Shown: positions 29,129 through 37,510 of the stretch, piece by piece
Layout: every line of letters begins with the position of its first letter
Numbering within the stretch: the first letter of the stretch is position 1
Source: an uncultured Actinomycetes bacterium
Lineage (GTDB): Bacteria; Actinomycetota; Thermoleophilia; Solirubrobacterales; 70-9
Length of the DNA: 64,000 nt
Direction: 5' to 3'
NCBI GenBank assembly: GCA_963714045.1
Contig: OY970225.1
Span: 1,775,877 to 1,839,876, forward strand
Translations under genes and position numbers: made by a program
The notes under the pieces: model-generated
What the model was told of the DNA's origin: nothing
The model's input: only the letters and a program-made list of their open reading frames with translations
Database searches by the model: none

Positions 29129-29248
29129 CCACATCTTCCAGGTCCTTTGCGACGCAACCTGCTGGAGTTGGCACCTCTCCCCGAACCGATGGTCCGAGGT
29201 GGTTGCCGGGGCTTCACTGGGCCAGTCCCTCCACCCCTCTAGATGTGG
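29129..29248 (-). promoter_or_regulatory. SAM-I (S-box) riboswitch
   Basis: The minus-strand RNA reads CCACAUCUAGAGGGGUGGAGGGACUGGCCCAGUGAAGCCCCGGCAACC...GGUGCCAACUCCAGCAGG...CCUGGAAGAUGUGG. This matches the conserved SAM-I core and has a closing P1 helix. Confidence 0.9.
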
Positions 29249-29312
29249 CGCTTATGTGTGGAAGGAAGGGTACCATCGCGGGCGATGCCCGACGAGACGA
29301 AGAGTCTGAGCG

Positions 29313-30320
29313 ATGCCGAACCTTCCGAAGCCGAGGCTGCGACGGCCCGGCCGCCGCGGCGAGCTCGGCGAGTCGCCGGCGGCGTCTGAGCCCCAGACGC
29401 CCAACGTCGAGCAGATCGACTCCGCCGGCCTGCGCTGGGTCAACATCGAGCACCCCGGGGCCCTGGAGCGCGCCTGGCTGGAGGAGCATTTCGACTTCCA
29501 CGCGCTCGACCTCGAGGACGTGCTCTCGCGCAACCAGCGGCCGAAGATCGACGTCTACGACGACTACCTCTTCATCGTCCTCCACCTGCCGGTCTTCGAC
29601 CGCGCGGCGCGGCGGCTCGGCACCGGCGAGCTCGACATCTTCGTCGGGCCCGACTACATGGTGACGATCCCGAACCAGCCGCTGCAGCCGGTCGAGTACC
29701 TGTTCGAGCGCTGCCGCGGCAAGGAGGAACTGCGCGAGCAGCTCTTCTCGCGCGGCTCCGGCTACCTGATGTACCGGTTGGTCGACGACAGCTTCGACTA
29801 CTGCTTCCCGATGCTACGCAAGATCGGCAACAAGCTCGACGCGCTCGAGGACGACATCTTCGACGGCCGCTCCGATGAGGTCGTGCGCGACATCTCCAAC
29901 GTCAAGCAGGAGATCATCAACTTCCGCAAGGTGATCCGGCCGCAGCGGCCGGTGCTGCGCGACCTCGAGAAGGTCAAGCAGCGCTACCTGGCGACCGACC
30001 TCGACCTCGAGATCTACTTCGACGACATCGTCGACGCCCACGAGCGGATCTGGGACATGCTCGAGAACTACAAGGAGGTCGCCGAGGCGCTGGCCGAGAC
30101 CAACGAGTCGGTGATCTCCCACCGCGTCAACGACATCCTGCGGGTGCTGACCTCGATCAGCGTCATCGTCCTGCCGCTGACCCTGATCGCCAGCATCTGG
30201 GGCATGAACGTGCACGTGCCGGGCGAGCAGGGGGTGACCGCCTTCTGGATCGTGATCGGCGGCATGTTCGCGATCCTGCTCGGGATGGTCGCCTGGTTCC
30301 GCCGGCGCGGCTGGCTATAG
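29313..30320 (+). CDS. corA: magnesium/cobalt transporter CorA
   Basis: C-terminal IWGMNVHVPG (GMN motif) and two TM helices. 335 aa. Confidence 0.92.
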   Translation: MPNLPKPRLRRPGRRGELGESPAASEPQTPNVEQIDSAGLRWVNIEHPGALERAWLEEHFDFHALDLEDVLSRNQRPKIDVYDDYLFIVLHLPVFDRAARRLGTGELDIFVGPDYMVTIPNQPLQPVEYLFERCRGKEELREQLFSRGSGYLMYRLVDDSFDYCFPMLRKIGNKLDALEDDIFDGRSDEVVRDISNVKQEIINFRKVIRPQRPVLRDLEKVKQRYLATDLDLEIYFDDIVDAHERIWDMLENYKEVAEALAETNESVISHRVNDILRVLTSISVIVLPLTLIASIWGMNVHVPGEQGVTAFWIVIGGMFAILLGMVAWFRRRGWL

Positions 30321-30331
30321 CCTGGGGGCCT

Positions 30332-30820
30332 GTGGCAAATTTCCGCATCTGGGCGCCCTGGCGCCTCGCCTACGTGAAGGACGCGTCCAAGGACAACGAG
30401 GAGGAGTGCATCTTCTGCGCCAAGCCGGCGACGGGCGACGACGAGGCGAACCTGATCGTCCACCGCGGCGAGCGCTGCTTCGTGATCCTCAACCTCTTCC
30501 CGTACACGAACGGGCACCTGATGGTGGCCCCCTACGAGCACATCGGCGCCCTGCAGGAGATCCCGGCCGAGACCCTGGCGGAGATGATGGCGCTGGCGCA
30601 GCTGGCGATGGGCCGGCTGGAGAGCGTCTACGAGCCGCACGGCTACAACGTCGGCTTCAACCAGGGGCGGATCGCCGGCGCCGGGGTCGAGCACCACATC
30701 CACATGCACGTCGTCCCCCGCTGGGCCGGCGACAACAACTTCATGCCGGTGATCGCCGACACCAAAGTGATGCCGCAGACGATCGAGCAGAGCTACGCGG
30801 CGCTGAAAGGAGCGTTTTGA
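30332..30820 (+). CDS. HIT-family protein (Ap4A phosphorylase / nucleotidyl transferase-like)
   Basis: Histidine triad HHIHMHVVPR. GTG start. Confidence 0.85.
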   Translation: MANFRIWAPWRLAYVKDASKDNEEECIFCAKPATGDDEANLIVHRGERCFVILNLFPYTNGHLMVAPYEHIGALQEIPAETLAEMMALAQLAMGRLESVYEPHGYNVGFNQGRIAGAGVEHHIHMHVVPRWAGDNNFMPVIADTKVMPQTIEQSYAALKGAF

Positions 30821-32199
30821 GCGAGCAGGAGCCGCTGGCCCCCGCCGGCATTTTCAAGGCTTACGACATTCGAGGGCTCTACGGCTCCGAGATGGACGAG
30901 GGCACCGCGCACGCGATCGGGCGCGCCTTCGCCCGGGTCCTGGCGCGGCTGCGCGGCAAGCAGCCCGGAGAGCTGCGGGTCGGGCTCGGCCGCGACATGC
31001 GGCTGACCGCGCCGGCGATGGCGGCGGAGCTGCGCGACGGGCTGATCTTCGAGGGCGCGACCGTGCTCGACGCCGGCATGGTCGCGACCGAGATGCTCTA
31101 CCACCTGGTCGGCTCGCGGGAACTCGACGGCGGCGCGATGGTCACCGCCTCCCACAACCCGAAGGCCTACACCGGCGTGAAGCTGGTCCGCGAGGGGGCC
31201 CTCCCCCTCTCCGGCGACGCCGGCATCGGCGACGTGCGGGAGGAGATCGAGGCCGGCCTCGGCCACGCCCCCGGGGGTGGCTCCTTCGAGGAGGTCGACA
31301 TCTGGGAGGAGTACCGCGCCCACGCCCTCTCCTTCATCGACCCCGCCAACGTGAAGCCGATGAAGGTGGTCGTGGACGGCGGCAACGGGATGGCGGGGCC
31401 GATGGCCGGGCCGATTCTCGAGCAGCTGCCGCTGGAGCTCGAGGAGATGTACTTCGAGCCGAACGGCGAGTTCCCCGACCACGAGCCGAACCCGCTGCTG
31501 GAGGAGAACCGGCGGATGATCATGGAGCGGGTGACGGCCAGCGGGGCCGACCTCGGGATCGCCTGGGACGGCGACGCCGACCGCTGCTTCTTTATCGACG
31601 CCAGCGGCGAGTTCTGCGACGGCGACTTCATCTGCGCCCTGCTGGCGCGGGCGGCGCTGCGCAAGAGCCCCGGCGCAACGATCCTCTACGACCCCCGCTC
31701 CAGCCGCGCGGTACCGGACCTGGTCGCGGCCGAGGGCGGGCGCTCGGACCTCTCCCGCGTCGGCCACGCCTTCTTCAAGGCGCGGATGCGCGAGGAGGGC
31801 GCGGCCTTCGGCGGCGAGGTCTCCGGCCACTACTACTTCCGCGACTTCTGGAACGCCGACTCGGGCACGATCCCGGCGCTGCTGATGCTGGAGCTGCTCT
31901 CGCTCGACGGCCGCGGCCTCGGCGAGCTGATGGAGGAGTTCCGCTCGAAGTACTTCATCTCCGGCGAGATCAACTCTGAGGTCGCCGACCCGGCGGCGAA
32001 GATCGAGGAGATCGCGGCGCGCTACTCCGACGGGAGGATCGCCCGCCTCGACGGCGTCTCGGTCGACTACGACGACTGGCACTTCAACGTGCGCCCCTCC
32101 AACACCGAGCCGCTGCTGCGGCTTAACCTCGAGTCGCTGACATCGCGCGAGGACATGGAGTCCAAGCGCGACGAGGTGCTTGGATCGATCCGGGCATGA
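30817..32199 (+). CDS. phosphomannomutase / phosphoglucomutase
   Basis: FKAYDIRG and active-site TASHNP. I use the TTG at 30817 after GAAAGGAG; it overlaps the HIT gene stop. The upstream part of the 597 aa ORF is an out-of-frame read of the HIT gene. Confidence 0.9.
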   Translation: MSEQEPLAPAGIFKAYDIRGLYGSEMDEGTAHAIGRAFARVLARLRGKQPGELRVGLGRDMRLTAPAMAAELRDGLIFEGATVLDAGMVATEMLYHLVGSRELDGGAMVTASHNPKAYTGVKLVREGALPLSGDAGIGDVREEIEAGLGHAPGGGSFEEVDIWEEYRAHALSFIDPANVKPMKVVVDGGNGMAGPMAGPILEQLPLELEEMYFEPNGEFPDHEPNPLLEENRRMIMERVTASGADLGIAWDGDADRCFFIDASGEFCDGDFICALLARAALRKSPGATILYDPRSSRAVPDLVAAEGGRSDLSRVGHAFFKARMREEGAAFGGEVSGHYYFRDFWNADSGTIPALLMLELLSLDGRGLGELMEEFRSKYFISGEINSEVADPAAKIEEIAARYSDGRIARLDGVSVDYDDWHFNVRPSNTEPLLRLNLESLTSREDMESKRDEVLGSIRA

Positions 32200-33200
32200 C
32201 GCTCACCCCAGAGCAGGCGCTGGAGCAGGCGGCGCTGGCCGGGATCCACCGCCTGCAGATACCCACGCCCTTCGCCGTGGGGCGGGTCAACTGCTACCTG
32301 ATCGAGGACGAGCCGCTGACCCTCCTCGACACCGGGCCCAACTCGGGCAAGGCGCTGGACGAGCTCGGCGCCCAGCTCGGCGCCCGCGGCCACTCGATCG
32401 ACGACCTCGAGCTGGTGATCGTCACCCACCAGCACATCGACCACCTCGGCCTGGTCGAGATCGTCGCCGAGCACTCCGGCGCCGAGGTGGCGGCGCTGGG
32501 GATCGCCGCCGAGCGACTCGCCAACTTCGACGAGGACGCCGAGGCCGACGACCGCTTCGCGGTCGAGCTGATGCTGCGCAACGGCATCCCCGAGGAAGTG
32601 ACGGCGGCGCTGCGCAGCGTCTCCCGCAGCTTCCGCGGCTGGGGCTCGCACGTGGCGGTGACGAAGCCGCTCGAGGACGGCCAGGCGATGCCCTTCCGCG
32701 ACCGCACCCTGCAGGCCCTGCACCGGCCCGGCCACAGCCCCTCCGACACGATCTTCTGGGACGCCGAGCGCAGGATCCTGATCGCCGCCGACCACCTCCT
32801 CCCCCACATCTCCTCCAACCCGCTGATCTCGCGGCCGCTCGACGGCACTTCGCAGCGGACCCAGGCGCTCGTCACCTACATCGAGTCGATGAGGGAGACG
32901 CGGGAGATGCCGGCCGAGATCGTCCTCCCCGGACATGGCGAGCCGATCTCCGACCACGTCGCCCTGATCGACGAGCGGCTGGCCAAGACAGAGCGCCGCA
33001 AGGAGAAGATCTTCGACCTGATCGAGGAGCGTCCACGAACGGGCTACGAGCTCGCCCAGGCACTGTGGGGCAACGTCGCCGTCACCCAGGCCTTCCTCAC
33101 CCTCTCCGAGGTGATCGGCCATGCCGACATCCTGGTCAACGAGGGCCGCGTCCGCGAAGCCGACGACGGAACGGTGGTCCGCTATGAGACGACCGGGTAG
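32196..33200 (+). CDS. MBL-fold metallo-hydrolase
   Basis: VTHQHIDHLG (HxHxDH). ATGA overlap with the preceding gene. Confidence 0.8.
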   Translation: MTLTPEQALEQAALAGIHRLQIPTPFAVGRVNCYLIEDEPLTLLDTGPNSGKALDELGAQLGARGHSIDDLELVIVTHQHIDHLGLVEIVAEHSGAEVAALGIAAERLANFDEDAEADDRFAVELMLRNGIPEEVTAALRSVSRSFRGWGSHVAVTKPLEDGQAMPFRDRTLQALHRPGHSPSDTIFWDAERRILIAADHLLPHISSNPLISRPLDGTSQRTQALVTYIESMRETREMPAEIVLPGHGEPISDHVALIDERLAKTERRKEKIFDLIEERPRTGYELAQALWGNVAVTQAFLTLSEVIGHADILVNEGRVREADDGTVVRYETTG

Positions 33201-34149
33201 GCGCAGCCACAAGAAGCGGATGCTGATCATCGTCAACCCGTACGCGACAACGGTGTCGGACCGGTTGCGGAACCTCGTCGTCTACGCGCTGCAGGGGCGC
33301 TACGAGGTGGAGGCGGTCTCGACCGAGGCGCAGAACCACGCCACCGAGATCGGGCGCGAGGTGCGCGACCACGGCTACGACGTCGTCGTCGCCTTCGGCG
33401 GCGACGGCACACTGAACGAGGTCGCCAACGGGCTCGCCGGGACCGACGTGCCGGTCTCGATGCTGCCCGGCGGCTCGACCAACGTCGTCTGCCGCACCCT
33501 CGGCATCCCCAACGACGTCGTCGACGCGACCGAGCACCTGCTGGCGCTGGCCGACGACTGGGCACCGCGCAAGATCGACCTCGGCAAGGTCGACGAGCGC
33601 CACTTCGTCTTCGCCTGCGGCGCCGGCATCGACGCGACCGTGGTGCGCCGGGTCGACGAACACCCGAAGCTGAAGTCGAAGGCGGGGCCCTACTACTACA
33701 GCTGGGCCGGGATCTCGGGCTTCTACCGCAGGTACCTGCTCAACGCGGTCCGCGTCCGGGTCGAGGTCGGCGGGGCCGAGTCGGTCGAGGGGGTCACCGC
33801 GATCGCTCAGAACTCCGACCCGCTGACCTACTTCGCCAGCCGCCCGATCCGGGTCTGCGAGGGGATCGCGATCGACGACGGCACGCTCTCGCTGGGGGTC
33901 CTCAAGCGGGCGGCCCAGCGCGACATGCCGACCCTGATCTCGCGCCTGCTGAGCGGCAGCCGCACCGCCGCCGGCCACCGCCAGGTCGTGCACTTCGACG
34001 ACGTTGCCGAGGCGACGGTGAGCTCGGTCTCCGCGGACAAGGACGGCGCCCCGCGCCCCTTCCCGCTGCAGGTCGACGGCGACTACATCGGCGACCGCAC
34101 CCGGGTCGAGCTGCGCGCCGACCCCGGCGCCCTGACCATCGTCGCCTAG
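33184..34149 (+). CDS. diacylglycerol-kinase-family lipid kinase (YegS-like)
   Basis: LIIVNPYA...AFGGDGTLNEV motif. Start ambiguous: 33184 or 33220. Confidence 0.8.
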   Translation: MRRPGRRSHKKRMLIIVNPYATTVSDRLRNLVVYALQGRYEVEAVSTEAQNHATEIGREVRDHGYDVVVAFGGDGTLNEVANGLAGTDVPVSMLPGGSTNVVCRTLGIPNDVVDATEHLLALADDWAPRKIDLGKVDERHFVFACGAGIDATVVRRVDEHPKLKSKAGPYYYSWAGISGFYRRYLLNAVRVRVEVGGAESVEGVTAIAQNSDPLTYFASRPIRVCEGIAIDDGTLSLGVLKRAAQRDMPTLISRLLSGSRTAAGHRQVVHFDDVAEATVSSVSADKDGAPRPFPLQVDGDYIGDRTRVELRADPGALTIVA

Positions 34150-34170
34150 CTCGCTTGCCGACCGCGTCAG

Positions 34171-35181
34171 TCAGTCGAGCAGGCCGGCTTCGCGGGCGGA
34201 GATCGCGGTCTGGGTCAGGGTCTCGGCGGCGTCGAAGCGAGGCTCCCAGCCGAGCTCGCGACGCGCCTTGTGCGTGTCCATCACGACCGGCGTCCGCAGC
34301 GCCGTCGCCCACTCGAGCTGGGGCGAGAGGAAGGTGAGACGCCGGGCGAGGGCGGCGCCGAGGCCGGTCGCCGGGCCGGGAACCGGCACCGCGTGCCAGC
34401 CGAGGGAGCGGGCGACGTCGCCGATGCCGACCTCTCCCTCGCCGGCGAGGTTGTAGGCGCCGGGCTCGCCCCTGCCGGCGATCGCCGCGGCCAGCGCCCG
34501 GGCGACGTCGTCGTGGTGGACGAGCTGGATCGGGACACCGGGGTCGGGCAGGACGGGCCGCGGCAGCGGCAGCCGGCCGAAGCCGCGGCGCACAGCCGGC
34601 AGCGGGTCGCCGAGGCGGGCGCTCTCGACGACCTTCTCGACCAGCATCGGCGCCCGCGGCCCGGCGACGATGCAGGGGCGGAACACGTAGGCGTCCACCT
34701 CGCTGCCGCTCAGCAGCCCGTCCAGGGTCGCCTCAAGCTCGGCCTTCTGGGCGGAGTAGTAGAAGCCCTCGCTGCCGCGGGCCGGGACGTCCTCGGTCAG
34801 CGGCTGGGGGTTCTCGGGATGGAAGCCGTAGGCGGCGACCGAGGAGGCGTAGACCAGGCGCTCGACGCCGGCGGCGATCGCCGCTTCGAAGACGTTGCGG
34901 CTTCCCTCGAGGTTGACCCGGCGCGTCTCCTCGCGGCCGCCGAAGATCGCGAAGGCAAGGTGGACGGCGACGTCGACGCCGTCGAAGAGCGCCGCCAGCG
35001 CCCCCCGATCGAGGATGTCCCCGCGCCGGTAGGAGGCCTTCCCCCACCCCTCCGCCGCCGGCTCGAACGCCCCGCGCGCCATCCCCCGCACCTCCCCAAC
35101 CTCGCCCCACCCCTCCAACTCCCCCATCAACGCCTTCCCGACCTCCCCCGTCGGCCCGGTGACCGCGACCGTAAGAGTCAT
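34171..35181 (-). CDS. NAD-dependent epimerase/dehydratase family protein (SDR)
   Basis: VAVTGPTGEVGKAL Rossmann motif and YYSAQKA (YxxxK). 336 aa. Confidence 0.8.
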   Translation of the reverse strand: MTLTVAVTGPTGEVGKALMGELEGWGEVGEVRGMARGAFEPAAEGWGKASYRRGDILDRGALAALFDGVDVAVHLAFAIFGGREETRRVNLEGSRNVFEAAIAAGVERLVYASSVAAYGFHPENPQPLTEDVPARGSEGFYYSAQKAELEATLDGLLSGSEVDAYVFRPCIVAGPRAPMLVEKVVESARLGDPLPAVRRGFGRLPLPRPVLPDPGVPIQLVHHDDVARALAAAIAGRGEPGAYNLAGEGEVGIGDVARSLGWHAVPVPGPATGLGAALARRLTFLSPQLEWATALRTPVVMDTHKARRELGWEPRFDAAETLTQTAISAREAGLLD

Positions 35182-35186
35182 GCCGA

Positions 35187-35268
35187 CTGAGGGGTGGGAG
35201 GCCCTCCCCGGACACTCAACCGCGAGCCGTAGGCGAGCGGTGTCCGGGGAGGGCCTCCCACCCCTCAG
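35187..35268. repeat. palindromic element, CCGGACACTCA-core family, copy 1
   Basis: TGAGGGGTGGGAGGCCCTCCCCGGACAC (35188-35215) is the exact reverse complement of 35240-35267, and the flanking c35187/g35268 pair extends the stem to 29 bp. 24-nt spacer TCAACCGCGAGCCGTAGGCGAGCG. It fills the spacer between the rel stop and the epimerase start. Confidence 0.88.
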
Positions 35269-37478
35269 GCCGCCGGAGTTATGCGATAGGCGTCAAACAC
35301 GCTCTCGACGTTGCGCAGACGGGAGATGCACTGCTTCAACTGCTCGGTATCCCCCACCTCGACCACGAACCTGTTCTTCACCATCGGGTGGTTGGTGGTG
35401 CAGGCGGCGCCGATGATGTTGATCCCGGCCTCCGAGAAGGTGCGCGAGAGGTCCTCGAGCAGGCGGGTGCGGTCGTAGGCGTCGATCTGCAGCTCGACCT
35501 TGTAAGAGGCCTTGTTTTCGCCCTCCCAGCCGACCTGGACGAAGCGCTCGGGCGCCTTTTTCAGCGCCTTCACGTTCTTGCAGTCGGCGCGGTGGATCGT
35601 GATCCCGCGGCCGAGCGAGACGTAGCCTGCGATCTCGTCGCCCGGCACCGGCCGGCAGCACTTGGCGAGCCGCACGGCGACGCTGTCGACCCCCTTGACC
35701 GTGATCCCGTAGTTGGAGGCGTCCTTGGTGCGGCGGGCGCGGTCCTCGCGGCCCCGGCCCGGGTCGGCGGGGGCCTCCTCGACCGCCTCGCCGGCCTTGA
35801 GCCGCTGCATCAGCTTGTTGGCCGCGGTCTTGGTCGAAACCTTGTCCTGGCCGAGGGCGATGTAGAAGTCGGTCGCTTTGCGGAAGCCCATCTCGCGGAT
35901 CACGTCGGCGAGCAACGGCGAGCCGGCCACCTTCTGCATCGGCAGGCCGCGGGCGCGCAGCGCCTCCTCGAGGCCCTCGCGGCCGTCGCGCTCGGCGTCC
36001 TCGCGACGCTCCTCTTTGAACCAGGCACGGATCTTGTTGCGGGCGCGGCTGGTGCGCACCAGCTTCAGCCAGTCCAGCGAGGGGCCGCGCTTCTGCTTCG
36101 CGGTCAGCACCTCGACGATGTCGCCCGACTTCAGCTGGTAGTGCAGCGGCACGATGTTGCCGTTGACCTTGGCGCCGACGCAGCGGTGGCCGACGTCGGT
36201 GTGGACGGCGTAGGCGAAGTCGAGCGGCGTCGAGCCGGCCGAGAGGCTCTTCACCTCGCCCTTCGGGGTGAAGACGAAGACCTCGTCCTCGAAGAGGTCG
36301 ACCTTGAGCGATTCGAGGAACTCGGTCGGGTCCTGTTCGCCCTCGGCCTCGACCAGCTGCCGCAGCCAGGTCATCTTCTCCCGCTTCGGGTCGCCGCCGC
36401 CGCCCTCTTTGTAGGCGACGTGGGCGGCGATCCCGTACTCGGCCAGCTTGTGCATCTCCTCGGTCCGGATCTGGATCTCCAGCGGCTTGCCCTCGGGGCC
36501 GATCACGGTCGTGTGCAGGGCCTGGTACATGTTGGCCTTGGGCATCGCGACGAAGTCCTTGAAGCGACCGGGCAGCGGCTTCCAGAGCGAGTGGATGACG
36601 CCGATCGCGCCGTAGCAGTCCTTGACCGAGCCGACGATCACCCGCATCGCCGTCAGGTCGAAGATCTCGTTGAACTCGCGGCCCTTCTTCGCCATCTTCG
36701 TGTAGATCGAGTAGAAGTGCTTGGCACGGCCGGAGATCTGGGCCTCGATCCCGACCTGCTCCAGCTCCTCGGCGAGGAACTCGCCGGCGTCGGAGACGTA
36801 GCTCTCGCGCTCGTCGCGCTGCTGGGCGACCAGCTGTTTGATTTCCGCGTACTTGCGCGGGTGCAGGGTCTGGAAGGAGAGGTCCTCCAGCTCCCACTTG
36901 ATCGCGTGGATACCGAGCCGGTGGGCGAGCGGCGCGTAGATCTCCAGCGTCTCGTGCGACTTCGCCATCTGCTTCTGCTTCGGCAGGGCACCGAGCGTGC
37001 GCATGTTGTGGAGGCGGTCGGCCAGCTTGATCAGGATCACCCTGACGTCGGTGGCCATCGCCACCATCATCTTGCGGTAGTTCTCGGCCTGGCGCTCGTC
37101 GCGGCTCTCGAAGGTCATCCCGGTCAGCTTGGTGACGCCGTCGACCAGCTGGGCGATCTCCTCGCCGAACTCGGCGCGGATCTCCTCCAGGCTGGCGCTG
37201 GTGTCCTCGACGGTGTCGTGCAGGAGCGCCGCGCAGAGGGTCTCGGTGTCGAGCCGCATCCCGGCGCAGACCTGGGCCACCCCGACCGGGTGGGTGATGA
37301 ACTCGTCGCCGGAGTGGCGCAGCTGGTCGGCGTGGCGCTCGCAGGCGAAGTCGAAGGCGCGCTCCACCGCGGCGCGGTCGATCGTCGACACCGCGAGGGC
37401 GGTGCCGGCGGCGCCGTTGCCGTTGCCGAGCTCGCCGGCGCCGTCCGCGCTCGGCGAGGAGTCGAACTCCTCGACCAC
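35265..37478 (-). CDS. rel: bifunctional (p)ppGpp synthetase/hydrolase Rel (RelA/SpoT family)
   Basis: HD domain (HPVGVAQ, HDTVEDT), synthetase domain, TGS and ACT regions. 737 aa. GTG start. Confidence 0.95.
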   Translation of the reverse strand: MVEEFDSSPSADGAGELGNGNGAAGTALAVSTIDRAAVERAFDFACERHADQLRHSGDEFITHPVGVAQVCAGMRLDTETLCAALLHDTVEDTSASLEEIRAEFGEEIAQLVDGVTKLTGMTFESRDERQAENYRKMMVAMATDVRVILIKLADRLHNMRTLGALPKQKQMAKSHETLEIYAPLAHRLGIHAIKWELEDLSFQTLHPRKYAEIKQLVAQQRDERESYVSDAGEFLAEELEQVGIEAQISGRAKHFYSIYTKMAKKGREFNEIFDLTAMRVIVGSVKDCYGAIGVIHSLWKPLPGRFKDFVAMPKANMYQALHTTVIGPEGKPLEIQIRTEEMHKLAEYGIAAHVAYKEGGGGDPKREKMTWLRQLVEAEGEQDPTEFLESLKVDLFEDEVFVFTPKGEVKSLSAGSTPLDFAYAVHTDVGHRCVGAKVNGNIVPLHYQLKSGDIVEVLTAKQKRGPSLDWLKLVRTSRARNKIRAWFKEERREDAERDGREGLEEALRARGLPMQKVAGSPLLADVIREMGFRKATDFYIALGQDKVSTKTAANKLMQRLKAGEAVEEAPADPGRGREDRARRTKDASNYGITVKGVDSVAVRLAKCCRPVPGDEIAGYVSLGRGITIHRADCKNVKALKKAPERFVQVGWEGENKASYKVELQIDAYDRTRLLEDLSRTFSEAGINIIGAACTTNHPMVKNRFVVEVGDTEQLKQCISRLRNVESVFDAYRITPAA

Positions 37479-37510
37479 GGCGAAGAGGTCGGCGAGGAGC
37501 TCGGTGTGCT

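Noticed and set aside
29098-29664. A 188 aa plus-strand ORF spanning the riboswitch region into corA.
   Set aside because: It overlaps the SAM-I riboswitch on the opposite strand and reads corA out of frame. The translation is Arg/Ser/Pro-rich.
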